A stretch of 63,948 nucleotides of DNA, counting the filler. It is 5 parts of 5 records of this genome, joined end to end, with 100 filler letters (N's around TTAATTAATTAA, not from the genome) between each part and the next. Parts side by side here need not be neighbours in the genome. Positions count along the whole stretch, not along the records: positions 1 to 16,811 come from SRR20825019_2360; 4 more parts are not named here. One strand, given 5' to 3'. The notes beneath the pieces were generated by a model, which did not search any database, was not told the DNA's origin, and saw only the letters and a list, made by a program, of their open reading frames with translations. Both the position numbers and the translations under genes were made by a program. Shown here one piece after another: positions 1-11,400 of this stretch (position 1 is the first letter of the stretch; each line of letters starts with the position of its first letter).

Positions 1-388
1 GGGGGGGGGGGGGGGGGGGGGGGTCGCCGCCCTAGACCGGCAAGGAGGATGCCACAATACTGGGTCCACCGAGTTAGTTGAGTGCTGGGCCGGGGTCTAG
101 CGTTCATGGGCCACCACTCCAACTGGCCAGCGGGGCGGCCTGACCGGCCTGGTCCGGCCCGGCGCTCCTCAGTGGACACTCTGCCTGCCCTGACGTGGAT
201 GTCAGAGGTCTTTGGCGAGGGCATGCCGCGGACATGAATCGCTGGTATCGCTCTACTGGCCTTCTTATCCGTTCACTGCTCGCACTCTAGTTCCAAGGGT
301 CACGCTGATTCGTCTACAAATAAGATGACGTGCCTGAGAGTACAGGCGAGCAAAATATTTGGTACTAGGTGCTCGGGAGGTTGCAGAT

Positions 389-1216
389 ATGAGTGGGGAG
401 AAGGGAGCTTTCAACTTCAAGGACTCAAACAAGAATAACGTTGTTGTCAAAGTTGGGATGGTTGGAGACAGCCAAGTGGGAAAGACTACATTGATGGTAA
501 AATATGTTGAGGGGCTTTTTGAGGAAGACTACATACAAACGTTAGGTACTTTTGATGGGTCTTGCAAGTGCGCTCAGTGAGATGACTCTACTGATGCATA
601 GGTGTCAACTTTATGGAGAAAACAATTACAATTAGGAATACAGATATTACTTTTAGTATATGGGATTTGGGAGGTATTGAAGTGTGGTGCCTATTGTGTT
701 CGTCAGACTCATGCGCCTGTAATGAATAGGTCAAAGGGAGTTCATGACAATGCTCCCCTTAGTATGTAATGACGCTGTGGTTATATTGTATATGTTCGAC
801 TTGTCGAGAAAGGATACTTTGGGAAGCATTAAGGAATGGTACAGACAAACTAGGCAGTTTAATAGAGTATGTTTGCAATGATTGTGAGGGTTACATCAGT
901 CTTAGTGTGTTCTTCAGACTGCCATTCCCTTCTTGGTGGGAACTAAATTTGACTTGTTCGCGGAGTTTCCAGCCGAAGAACAAGCCGAAATTACGAAGCA
1001 AGCTCGTAAATATGCCAAAGCTATGAAGGCACCGCTTGTTTTCTGTTCAGCTTCCCACTCTATTAATGTTCAGAAGATATTCAAGATAGGTAGGTGTGCG
1101 GAGTAGTTTTTGAGATCTCGTCCTGACTTCAGTTCATAGTATTATCAAAAGTTTTTGATCTTAACTGCACTATTCCCCAAGTTGACCGCCCAGGGGAACC
1201 CATAATCGAATATTAG
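389..1216 (+). CDS. spg1: Spg1/Tem1-family small GTPase (septation/mitotic exit), 5 exons
   Basis: Manual splicing (GT-AG introns 546-601, 674-729, 867-917, 1090-1139) gives VKVGMVGDSQVGKTTLMVKYVEG..DYIQTLGVNFMEK..FSIWDLGGQREF..MLPLVCNDA..LVGTKFDL..SASHSINVQKIFKI..GEPIIEY*, the typical Spg1/Tem1 signature. Confidence 0.92.
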
Positions 1217-1306
1217 AATACATATTAGGAAACAATGACGATGCTTCATATCGGTGTTATTGTTGTTCTTTATTGATCAGTCAGGATCATAGTGACTTGG
1301 GACAGA

Positions 1307-2121
1307 TCAATGGGGGCAACTGTTGCACTCTACAAAGAACGACAGAAAGTACACAACAGGGAACATTCTATCCTAAATCATGTTCTGCCCATAAGGCTGC
1401 ATGTCGTTATACACCTCATTGCCACCTTCCGTGCGCTCGCTTAATTCCGGAGCATACCAAGCAGCAAAATTCGCCAAAGTTTGCTCGGGGGCCTCAGTCG
1501 CAATATGCATTGCAGTGGTGCTAAACCCTTGCTTTTCAGCCACCCTCTTTACCATCCTTTTATCCCCACGTGCCTCTTGAACCACTGCCTCCTCAATTTG
1601 CTTCTTTCGGAGCCTTTAGAAGATTATTAGAGTCACAAGTGCGGAGAGTAACAAGGGAAACCTACCCAAGCTCACGAGAGTGCTGGCAGATGGTGAAAGG
1701 CAGGCAAAACAGAGTCGTTATGAAATCCTTTGCAGGATTCTCCTCCATTCGGCCAAAGTCTTTCAGTTTTCGCCTAGTATAGTATTCTGTGTTTGGGCAG
1801 GAGAAACAAGGGTCACAAATCCCGGGATACTCTCCAGATAAGGAGGCACGGTTGGTCGCAATTTGTACACACGGACAGTGAAGTACACAACAGCCTTTAG
1901 CAGAAGTTAGTTTCAGGCACTCCACAACACGAGTGCTCGAGAAACATACAATCCATGCTGAGTACGCTTGCGGGGCATTCTATGATTTCAGTGTTCCATT
2001 GGAAGTCCTGCGACTTTGTCGGCACAAGTGGGTTATACAATGCAAGTGTAGACCAAACCTCGATTTTTCCTTTCGATGTCTCCTGCCTCATGGAGGCCAA
2101 ATTTGACACGTTCGACGACAT
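1307..2121 (-). CDS. PLAC8-family cysteine-rich protein, spliced; ends uncertain
   Basis: ORF pieces W..EIIEC, CPCVQIATNRA..TRRKLK..NPAKDFITTLFCLPFTICQHSREL match the PLAC8 CPC...CQxxREL pattern; exon boundaries only partly resolved. Confidence 0.6.
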
Positions 2122-3185
2122 CCCAAAGAGCCGGGGATTGGTCACTTAGTCGAATTGAAATGAACATGCAAAGTATATGTATTGGCATCAGTCACCCAGC
2201 CCTTGAATTCTGTTCGGACGCATGGGTCTCCTGTGGATGCGCCGGGCCACCGGCACTGGCGGCCCGGGTGTGGCCCCCCGAGGCCCACTGCACCGCATCC
2301 CGTCCGGCCCCGCGGCGCCGACTCGGAGCACCACAGGCCGCGACCGGCGCCCGGCGGCCCGGGCGCCACCGTCAGGGTCGGTGCTGAGTGGCAGCGCGGG
2401 CCGGCCGGGCCGGGCAGCCTTGGAGGGACTGATGAGGAGTGCTGCGGCCGCATTCCCGGATTGGTCGCGGCGCCCGCGCGGCGTCTGAAGGCGAGCCGGG
2501 GTGGTGGTCGCACCGTGGTCCCGGCGGCCGGGTCCGGCCAGTGGGGCGGCTCATTGAGCCCGCCGGCGGGCGCTGCCATCGGAGTGTCGTGCTGGCACAC
2601 TCTGGCCCGGTCGCCATCGGCCCGTCCTCCTCCCAGGCGAGCGGCTCGAGTGCTCCGATGATCCAGCCCGGCAGAGGACAAGAACGAAGCGTTCTTGATT
2701 GACATGTGTAATTCGAGGATGGCTTGGCCAGTAGAAGTTATTGGAATTGTAACGTGTTTGAAGTGCCGAGTGCGCAGCTGATGGGCGCACGACCAGGGAC
2801 CAGCCTGAGTCTGCACGGCCGACGGCACGGCCCGGAGCCCGCAGCCTCACAGGCCTGGTGGCACTCCTGCTGCGCGGCCGGTCAGGGTCGCCGTGCTGCT
2901 GGCCACCATGCTCCTCACCGTCAGTGGCCTCATCCCGCCGGATCCCGGCGGCAGCTGGTGTCAGTCCCCGCCGAGCGCAACGTAGCCCTTGTGTGTTGTT
3001 GGTTGAATTTTGTCTGTTCGTGGAAAAGGGTGGTGGTGGCGGCGTACCGCCGGGGCTGAGTGGAAGACACACACCCACTTGAGTTGAACACAAAGGGATA
3101 TCTTCTCCTCTTTTGTGGACACTATTAGAAATATATCTGCTCACGACAAAGGTGAACTCAAGGTTGTTGAAGTGAAGTATCAACT

Positions 3186-4288
3186 ATGGCAACTCAGCAG
3201 CCAATTGAACCCATTGCGTTCAAGGGTGAGTCCTCCAAACTGGACATGGGCTATCAAATGGCCGCCCAGGGTCGGAAGGTATTGAGCTACTGGTATTGGC
3301 ATTTAGGCCGAATCGTGACATACAGTGCAGAGTGAACTGAAAGCAGAAAACTTGGAGTACGTGAAGCTCCATCCTGAGATTAAACAGATCATGTCGGACT
3401 TTGTGGCATCAACACTTTTGGAGAAACCCCGCGACTTTTTCGAATATGCAAAGGTACGAAAGCGCCAGTGTCGAGTTGTGAGCCGAGAACTCATGCGAGA
3501 ACAGAACTATTTTAGTTGTTTCCTTCCGAGAGACGGTGAGGATGAGCAGGGCTTTACGGGACAGGGTGTGCGTTTAAAGTAGGTGTTTGATTCTGTTGTT
3601 ATGCACAGGCCTAACCTCTTGCATAGTTGCATTGTACTCTCTGGAATCAATGGAGCGGGGAAGTCAGCTCTTGTGGATATGCTGCTGGAGGAATTCCCCG
3701 AAGATTTTTCCTTAGTTATTAGTCACACAACTCGCCCTCCTCGTCCTGGAGAGGAAGATGGTGTGCACTTCCACTTTGATGAAAAGGCAACGTTGGAAGA
3801 ACAAATTGAGACAGGGAAATTCCTGGAGTACTCCAGACAACGCGGTGTTATCACTGGCACGCACAAGTTTGATGTCGAAGATATCATCAACGACGGAAAG
3901 ATTGCTATCTTAGATGTGGATATGCAAGGCCTCATGGTGGTGAAGGAAGCCGAAAAGAATTTCAGTTGCCAATATCTGTGTGTAATGCCGCCAACTCTTG
4001 ATGCATTGGAGAATCGCTTGAGGTCTAGGTAAGTTTTTAAGTGCGGCACTAACGTCTAGCTCCTCATCTGTTTTCGACAGGGGGGCGGAATCTGAGGACA
4101 GAATTCGGGAACGCATGGCGAGTGCAAAGTGGGAAAGTGCATTTGTCGACAAACCAGATTTGTTCGACAACATAATCGTCAATGATGACTTGGGGCAGGC
4201 ATATCAGCAGTTGCGGGGCATTCTCATGCGCTCAATCAGGTATAGACAGGCGATCCAACCCCCCTCGCGAAGTGCTTCAGATGAGTGA
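3186..4288 (+). CDS. RIIa/Dpy-30-like dimerization domain fused to guanylate kinase-like domain, spliced
   Basis: ENLEYVKLHPEIKQIMSDFVASTLLEKPRDFFEYAK (D/D domain), then SGINGAGKS P-loop, SHTTRPPRPGEEDG, ILDVDMQG, PPTLDALENRL..RG, FDNIIVNDDL; short GT-AG introns link the ORFs. Confidence 0.8.
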
Positions 4289-4354
4289 AGGAGAGGGGAA
4301 AAAGGGCATTCGTACACTAAACCGGAAAGGAAAAATACGCGGATATGAATTTAA

Positions 4355-5824
4355 CTACCACGTATTTCCCACTGATGCGGCATCGCTTCTGTCGATAGTA
4401 CCCCCCCTTGCCATGCCACGGCTGTCCTCGCGACCACTTCCATATCCGCTTTCGGCCCCCCGATGGCCATACGGTGAATGTTGGCCAGGGTATCCCGGAG
4501 GATAGCCAGCTCCAGGGTAACCGCCGTATCCCCCGGGGCCTTGCCCCCATCCCTGTATTTGGACATTCGGAACCATCCTCATTCCAAACTTTTCTGCCAA
4601 TTCATCGTAGCTTGGATACTCCAACTCAGATTTCCTTTTTCCACCCAAAACTTCCGACTCAGGAGCAGTGGTCAACGGCAAGTCCTCATCTTGGCATTGC
4701 TCGTGCACAACTTGAATATACGACCCAATCATTTGCATGATACTGAAAGGAACGTGCCATCCCAGCACCACTAGCCACCACAAAGTAAGCCCAGGTGCAA
4801 CCCCGAATACCAAACTTCCGCATACACCGAATACCAAGAAAACTGCGGCCGACATACAAACCATAACCACCCAGAGTGCCATGTGTTGCCCCAAATAAGA
4901 ACGATTGGTTGTGTAATCCTTTCCAACATCAAAAGCGAGGGATCCTGGCAGTAGCTTGAGCGCTTGGAGAATGGGGGCGAAATACGACATTCCCATGAGG
5001 GCGCAAAATCCCGTACCAAAGCTCAAGGCACCCACAACAAGACACATGATAATCCAACAGACAGTTGAGAAACTCCACAACATCTGGTCCCTGTTCATCG
5101 GCCGAAGGAACATAAAAATGTCCTGAATGCGAGCCGACTTAGGCTGGCTATACACCATGGCGTTGTATAGCATGCTAATGTACCCATGACCAAAGGGAGT
5201 AAATAGCAAGCCCCATGACGAGAATGTGGCCAGAAACCATATAAACGAACCAATGGCAGCCTCTACCCAAATGTGTTTCCATGTGTGCCACGCCAACTTG
5301 AAGGTACGCCCAATGTGGATATGATAGTTCTTCGATCCATTACAGCAGCCTTGTCGAGGCCTCATGTACATTCCATAGTCACTATACTGAGGGTGAACCT
5401 GGTTGTGGTGGCTAAAAGGCCCCCCAGGCATCTTCACCGCGGGAGGAGCGCGGACCCCGTCCGCCGGGGGAGGGATAGACGGCCCGTTCTCAGAACGCCC
5501 TCCCACACTCATGGTGCGGCTGGTGTTTCGGGAAAGGGGGTTTGGGGGGCTGTATGCCCCCGAGTCCCTGTTGCCCTCAGACGATTCAACTTTGTTGCGA
5601 GACAATCGAGAGACCCGAGTCTCATCGTCAGTTCCTACTTCATGGGATGATCGGGGAGTCCGGCGATTTCCTGATTCCTCCTGATCGCTCGATGCATGAG
5701 GGTATCCACCCCTGCCGTCGTCGTCGCAATCTTCGCGCCCCTCTCGAACGCCTTCGTCTGCCTCGGCTCGTGGTCGCCCCCGCCCCCGACCCCTCCTGCC
5801 TCGCCGAGTCCCCTCCTCTGACAT
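4355..5824 (-). CDS. Intronless multi-pass membrane protein, unknown function
   Basis: 489-aa ORF; disordered N-terminus, several hydrophobic helices, Gly/Tyr/Pro-rich C-terminus. Confidence 0.75.
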   Translation of the reverse strand: MSEEGTRRGRRGRGRGRPRAEADEGVREGREDCDDDGRGGYPHASSDQEESGNRRTPRSSHEVGTDDETRVSRLSRNKVESSEGNRDSGAYSPPNPLSRNTSRTMSVGGRSENGPSIPPPADGVRAPPAVKMPGGPFSHHNQVHPQYSDYGMYMRPRQGCCNGSKNYHIHIGRTFKLAWHTWKHIWVEAAIGSFIWFLATFSSWGLLFTPFGHGYISMLYNAMVYSQPKSARIQDIFMFLRPMNRDQMLWSFSTVCWIIMCLVVGALSFGTGFCALMGMSYFAPILQALKLLPGSLAFDVGKDYTTNRSYLGQHMALWVVMVCMSAAVFLVFGVCGSLVFGVAPGLTLWWLVVLGWHVPFSIMQMIGSYIQVVHEQCQDEDLPLTTAPESEVLGGKRKSELEYPSYDELAEKFGMRMVPNVQIQGWGQGPGGYGGYPGAGYPPGYPGQHSPYGHRGAESGYGSGREDSRGMARGGTIDRSDAASVGNTW

Positions 5825-6779
5825 GGCCAGTTGCTACTAGCTTCGTAGACCGTTACACTCCACGGCATATATATACCGGTTTTGACCTAAGTGCACAGCA
5901 GGTCTACTAAGGCAGGGGTGCCGTTTCCCGATTCCTTGACGCACCGGACGCCTGGCGGGCGGCCGGGCCCGCCGGGCTGGCCGCCGCACGCTGAATTGCT
6001 GTTCAGTTGGTAGACAGAGGACGAAGCTCTCAGAGAGAGTTAGCCGGCCCCGTGCAGTGGCCGGACGGGCCGCGCGGTCCGGCCCCCGGGGTGCCCGGCC
6101 GCTCCGGATGGGCCCCCCGGCCCGGCCCCGGCCCGTCCGGCGCTTACTGGCCAGGGCCGTGCGACGCGGACAAGCACTAATTCCTGATAGCGGATTTTCA
6201 AAAATCATCGAGCGAGTGCCCAAGTTTCACAACCGGACGGTGCTATGGTGGAGTTCAAGGCGGTTGACTCATTTCAATGTTTGCGGTGGTAACCGGATGC
6301 GATTGTCCGGTCCACGCCTTGCCGTCAGTCAGTGCCTGCGGCTGTGGGAGGCCAGAGGGTTCAGGGCAGCCGGTCACAACCCAATCGGTTGGGTGGTGCA
6401 GGCTATGGCCGGCGGCCCGAGTGCCGGGCGCGCGGCAATTCGGCGAGAACGACTGAAACTGAATCAAACCGTCACCCCCGCACGGCACAACTCGGCGCCC
6501 CCGGTACCCGCGCCGGGCGCGCGCCACGACTGGGCCCCGCGGCTGGCCTGAGCCGGCCAAGTCCACAGGGTGCTGTGGGGTGTGGCCGCCTCCGCGGCGG
6601 GGCCGCTCAATGCCGCATCACGTGAGCCAGTCGTCCCGGGCTGAGCGCCAGCCACGGTGTGCGCCCTCTAAGGCCGCTTCGCAATGAGTAGTTGGTCAAG
6701 ATTCACAACCACAGGACACGATCGGGCGATATATTGGTGACGGAATGCCTGCTTAGTTGAAGAAGGGTATCGACTTGAC

Positions 6780-8346
6780 ATGCAGGCTCCACGCCGCTTT
6801 TTTGAAGGCGGGCGGCTCATTCCAGCCGGCGCACCAACTGCACGGAAAGATAATTTAGATGGAGTGCCATCGCGCGTGTCAATTGCTAGTGTATGTTCTT
6901 TACCCGTTGACTATATCTTGCGGCATGTTAGAACCGAGAAGGAGGCCAGAGTTTTGCTTGCTGTTCGTGGCACTGCAGTATCTCTCGACCACTTGTTGTC
7001 GCTTTACAAGACGGAGGCATCGAGGCGAAGGGTACGTTCTCTGACACGGCTGTTTCATAGCGCTCACTTTAGCGTTGTGAGGATAGAACATTCAGCTTCT
7101 TCTCCAGCGAATTGACAACGGCCACTCGGAAGATAGTGTCGCGCCGGTGTTGATCATGAAGCAGATTGACGCCAGGCACGCAGCGGCTCTTCATCGAATA
7201 GTAGAACGGATCTGTTTTCATCTCCGAAATTTGTTGGACTTGTCACGAACCCTTACCCACTTTGCGGGTTTCAATGAGAATCTCGCAGAAGAGCTTAAGG
7301 ATGTTCGGAACTCAACAAATGTTGCCGAGGAGAAGCAAATATTGTGGGTTCACGCTCAACCTTAGTATTTTGTAGCTGACGCGCAGCCAGGTGCAATATT
7401 GAGACAGCAGTTGCAAAGAACGTCCAGGCAATCCTTGAACGGAGCATTTCATCTTTAGATTTATTTGAGCAACATAAGGTGTGCTGGGTGGTTGGTGAAG
7501 ATACAAAGCATCTGAACTCGTGTGTATCAGAGCGTGATTGAGGGACTAATGACAAGCGAAAAAGGCTTAGCAAAGAGCAATGACGAATGCACGGATCCTC
7601 TCCCCAGTAGGGACGCGGAGAATACCGGAGCGAACCACCTGCGTAATCAAGAATCATTGAACCAGAATGGCGGGAGTGAGAATCTCTTGGAAGGGGTAGT
7701 GGACGGTGAGCCCCTACCGCGGGGCAAATCTGCTTGCTCAGAAGAGGAGCCCATCGATGGCGAAATGCCTGATGTCAGCAGGTCTGATGATCCGGTTGGA
7801 TCTGGTCAACTGGAAGGCACCAGAACCAAGGCGGAAGCCAAAGAGAATTGCAGTGGAACAGATAGGAAACATTACAATGATGCTGTTGGCCTTAGCCAGG
7901 AAACTCAATGTGATTCTGGAGACGGCTACAACGGCAATGTCCCATGTCCAACTCAATGCGCAGAGACGGGTGCCTATGCGGATGATGAAGAGAGCCCTGA
8001 TGTATCTCAGGAGCCCCCGCGTCGTGTTGTGCTACCCTCAGGGACGCAAAGGGACTGTGACATGGCTGCGCCCAGTCAAGCTCATTTCCCTACCCACAAT
8101 GCCTTTCCTGTAGCCACAAGTCAAAATCAAACGCAGAGTCCTCTTGCTGTGGTTGGGCGACCTAGGCTCAGCAGCAAAGTAAGTAACGAAAGTGTTGATA
8201 GTAAGCGCAAGTGTGCCTCAATGAAGGACGACACGACGAGCAAGGATGGCAAAGCGGCAAAATCAAATCATGGTGAGGAGGGCGAAAATGATGAGAATTC
8301 ACCCATCGGCATTGTTCCGCAGGTGCAATCGTCACAGATGTGTTGA
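6780..8346 (+). CDS. Hypothetical protein, spliced, acidic disordered C-terminal half
   Basis: ORFs 6780-, 7147- and 7522-8346 can be joined through about three ~50-nt GT-AG introns; no recognisable domain. Confidence 0.55.
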
Positions 8347-8403
8347 ATTGGTCAATTATTTATTCTGCTGGTTTGTGAAGAGTTAGTGAATGTGAATGTT
8401 TGG

Positions 8404-11400
8404 TTAGTTGGCGGTTTTCAGAGCGGATCGCAGGGGCTTGGCATTCTCCTTGTCCACAACGGATGATGCCTTCTCTTTCTCTTCCTTCATCTGCTCCACC
8501 TTGCGCATGGCAATGGTCAGCTGCTTGCGGAGTGTCGCGTTCTCCTTGGTGACCTCAGATTCGTTCTGCGAAGCCTTGAGCTTCTCGATCTTCGCTACTG
8601 CCTTGCGCAGCTCTCCCTTAAGCACGGAAATGGTTTCCTGCTGCTTGGCCATGTCACCAATAGAATTGTTGGTAAGGTCAAGCTCCGCAACCGACTTCTC
8701 GCATTGTTCCTGAAGTTGCGCCTTCTCGGCACGAAGATTTGACATCTTCTCCTGCATTTCCTTCATCTTGTTGCGAGTCTCCTCGAAGAGTGACTCATTA
8801 TTGCCAAGCTTCTTAAGCGCTGAATCACGCTCATACTCCAGTACCTTGGTGTTCTTGACGAGACTCTCATGCTCCTCGGAAAGAGCCTTGTGGTCAGCAG
8901 CGATTTTGGCCATTTCGTCTAGCTCAGACTGCTTGGCAACGACAGATGCGCGGGCGACTAATGACAGTCCATTGTTAGCCCGTCAAATCAAGAACAATAA
9001 ATATCGATACGTACCCTCAAGCTCATGGTTCGAGGACTTGATGTCCCCATTGAGCTTGTCAATCGTTCCCTGAAGCTCAGAGATTTTCTCATCGAGAGAT
9101 GCGGCAGCAGCCTCAGCCTGTTCGACTGTGGTACGCAAGAGGGCGTTGTGCTCCTCTGTCTGCTGGAGAATCTCGTTTGTTACACGGAGTTCCTCGCTCA
9201 TCGCTGCCTGGGTCTCCTCTCCAGCCTTGATCTGTGCGCGCAAAAGAAATTAGCATTCATTGCTGAAAATATACAATAGATCTATACAAAGGATCCGTAC
9301 CTTGGCCTCTAGACCATCGACGGTTTCCTTGTTGTTTTCAATAGTGAAGTGCATCTCCATCAGCTGGTCATTTAGCGGTGCTGTGGCCATCTCGACTGCT
9401 TCATCCTGGTCGACCTTTGCCTGCTTACGGGTGGCCTCGATCGTGGAGTTAAGAGTCTCGATCTCCTTGGCAGTCTCCTCCATCTTGACACGAGTCTTTT
9501 CGGCCTCCTCAGTCATCTCGTTGATCTTCTCATCCTGATTGCTAATCTTGAGCTCCATTTCAACAAGTTGGGAGTTGAGGTCTTCCACAAGCTCATTGGC
9601 TACCTTGCGCTCGTTCTCGGCCTCATCACGAGTGGAGTTGGCAGCAGCCTCGGTCTCAGCAATCTTTGCATCACGGGTTGCAATTTCCTCCTCCATGTGG
9701 GCCTTCATTTCAGCGATTTTGCCATCAAACTCAGAGGTACGCTCAGAGACCTGTTTCTCAATCTCTTCAGGCATGGATGCCTCTGTTGCAGCGAGCTTCT
9801 CTTGAATCTGTTGCAGCTCACCGGTCTGGGTTTCCATTGCCTGCTGTTGCTGCGAGTACGTTTCGGCCCACTCGTTGTTGGCGGATGCCAGCTCCTCAAT
9901 CTTAGCCTCAAGCTCGCCAATGATCTTCTTGGCCTCTTCAAGGTCAGTGAGGGTCTGCTCTTTTTCCCCCTTCAGTGCTTCCAAGTCGGCAAGCAAACGG
10001 CCCTTTTCTTCATCAGCAGCCGTCATCTGAGCCTCGAGCTCCTCAACATTGCTCTCCAGGGATTCAATCTTCTTGTTGAGGTCAACGATCTCAGCAGCGG
10101 CGGATTCGTGCTGTCCCTCAGTCCAGGACAGTCGCGATTCGAGTTTCTCGCACTTAGCCGTCATAGATTCCACGGTCTTGGTCAATGTCTCGCTCTTCTT
10201 CTCCAATTGGGCATTGGAAGTAGATAGCTCGCGGAACTTGTTCTTGTTCCCCTCGGACTTATCAATCTGACCCTGAAGACCGGCAATTTGGCGCTGAGTA
10301 GACTTCAGTTCGCGCTCGAGAGCATCACGCTCACTCTTGACAGTAGTATTGACTTGTTTCAGCTCCTTCAGCTGGGTCTCAAGCTTCTGGAGCTTTTGTT
10401 CCTTCTTCTCACGCTCCTTCTCATCCTTGTTCATGCCACGATCAGACTGCCCATACTTCTTCTTGAGTTCACCGAGCTTGTCACGGTACTCGGCCATATC
10501 ACTGAGGGCCTTATCCTTGGCAATCTCAAGGGAATTGACCTTGAGCTCCATATCACCAAGCTCTCCTTGGGCCTTGCGAAGTTCACTCTCTACCTCGGCA
10601 ACAGATTCGTTCGCCTTGGAAAGATCTTCCTCCAACTCACTGATGCGGGAAGTGCTCTCTTCAATGGTGACTTGCATTTCGATCTTCTCCGTGTTGAGAT
10701 GATCCAATTCCTTGGCCGCCTCTTCGAGTTCCGCAATCTTCTTGTTCTTGACTTCGATGGCGTCATTAGACTCTTCATTCTCGGCCTTGGCTTGCTCAAG
10801 TTCGGAAGCAAGGCTTTCCTTCTCGGTATTACGCGTATCAAGACTGGCTTGTGCCTCTTCCATCTGAGCACGGAGGGAATCAATGGTGGAGGTCATCTCC
10901 TCGATCTGACGATCGCGGGCGGAAATCTCCTCGGGGTCAGCAGAGTTCTGCTGAGCAGTCTCAAGCTGAGTACGGAGTTCCTCAATTGTGGCAGAGAGGG
11001 CGTCATTGGCGTCGGCGGCGGCAGAGAGCTCCCCATCCTTCTCGCGAAGTGAGTCAACCTCAGCCTTTGTTGCCTCAATGTCATCTTTGAGACCTTCATT
11101 GAGTTTCTTGAGCTCCTCAATCTCATTGTTCTTCTGGCTTATCTCTTCATCAGTTGCGGTCGATGCAGATGCGTCTTCGCGGGCGGCGGAGAGGTCGCCG
11201 CGGAGGCTCTCAATGGTGGCCTCAAGACCCTCCATCATTTGCTCCAGCTCCTCAATGCGCGATTCCTTGGCATGCGATTCAGCTTCATTGTCAAGGGCGG
11301 TCTCCAGGTCAGACTGGAGGGAGTCGATGGTGGAGCTCATCTCCTCAATCTGACGATTTTGGGCAGCGATTTCGTCAGCAGCGTTCTCCTTGGCAGCCTC

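Noticed and set aside
1..23. Poly-G and poly-C ends as telomeres or terminal inverted repeats of a linear element
   Set aside because: The right end truncates a gene inside an intron, the adjacent sequences are not inverted copies, and the genes are ordinary chromosomal ones.
2076..3183. Arg/Pro/Gly/Ala-rich ORFs in the GC islands (also 5837-6655, 14117-14594, 15959-16593)
   Set aside because: They are open in several frames because extreme GC content removes stop codons; no domains are recognisable and composition differs from the real genes.
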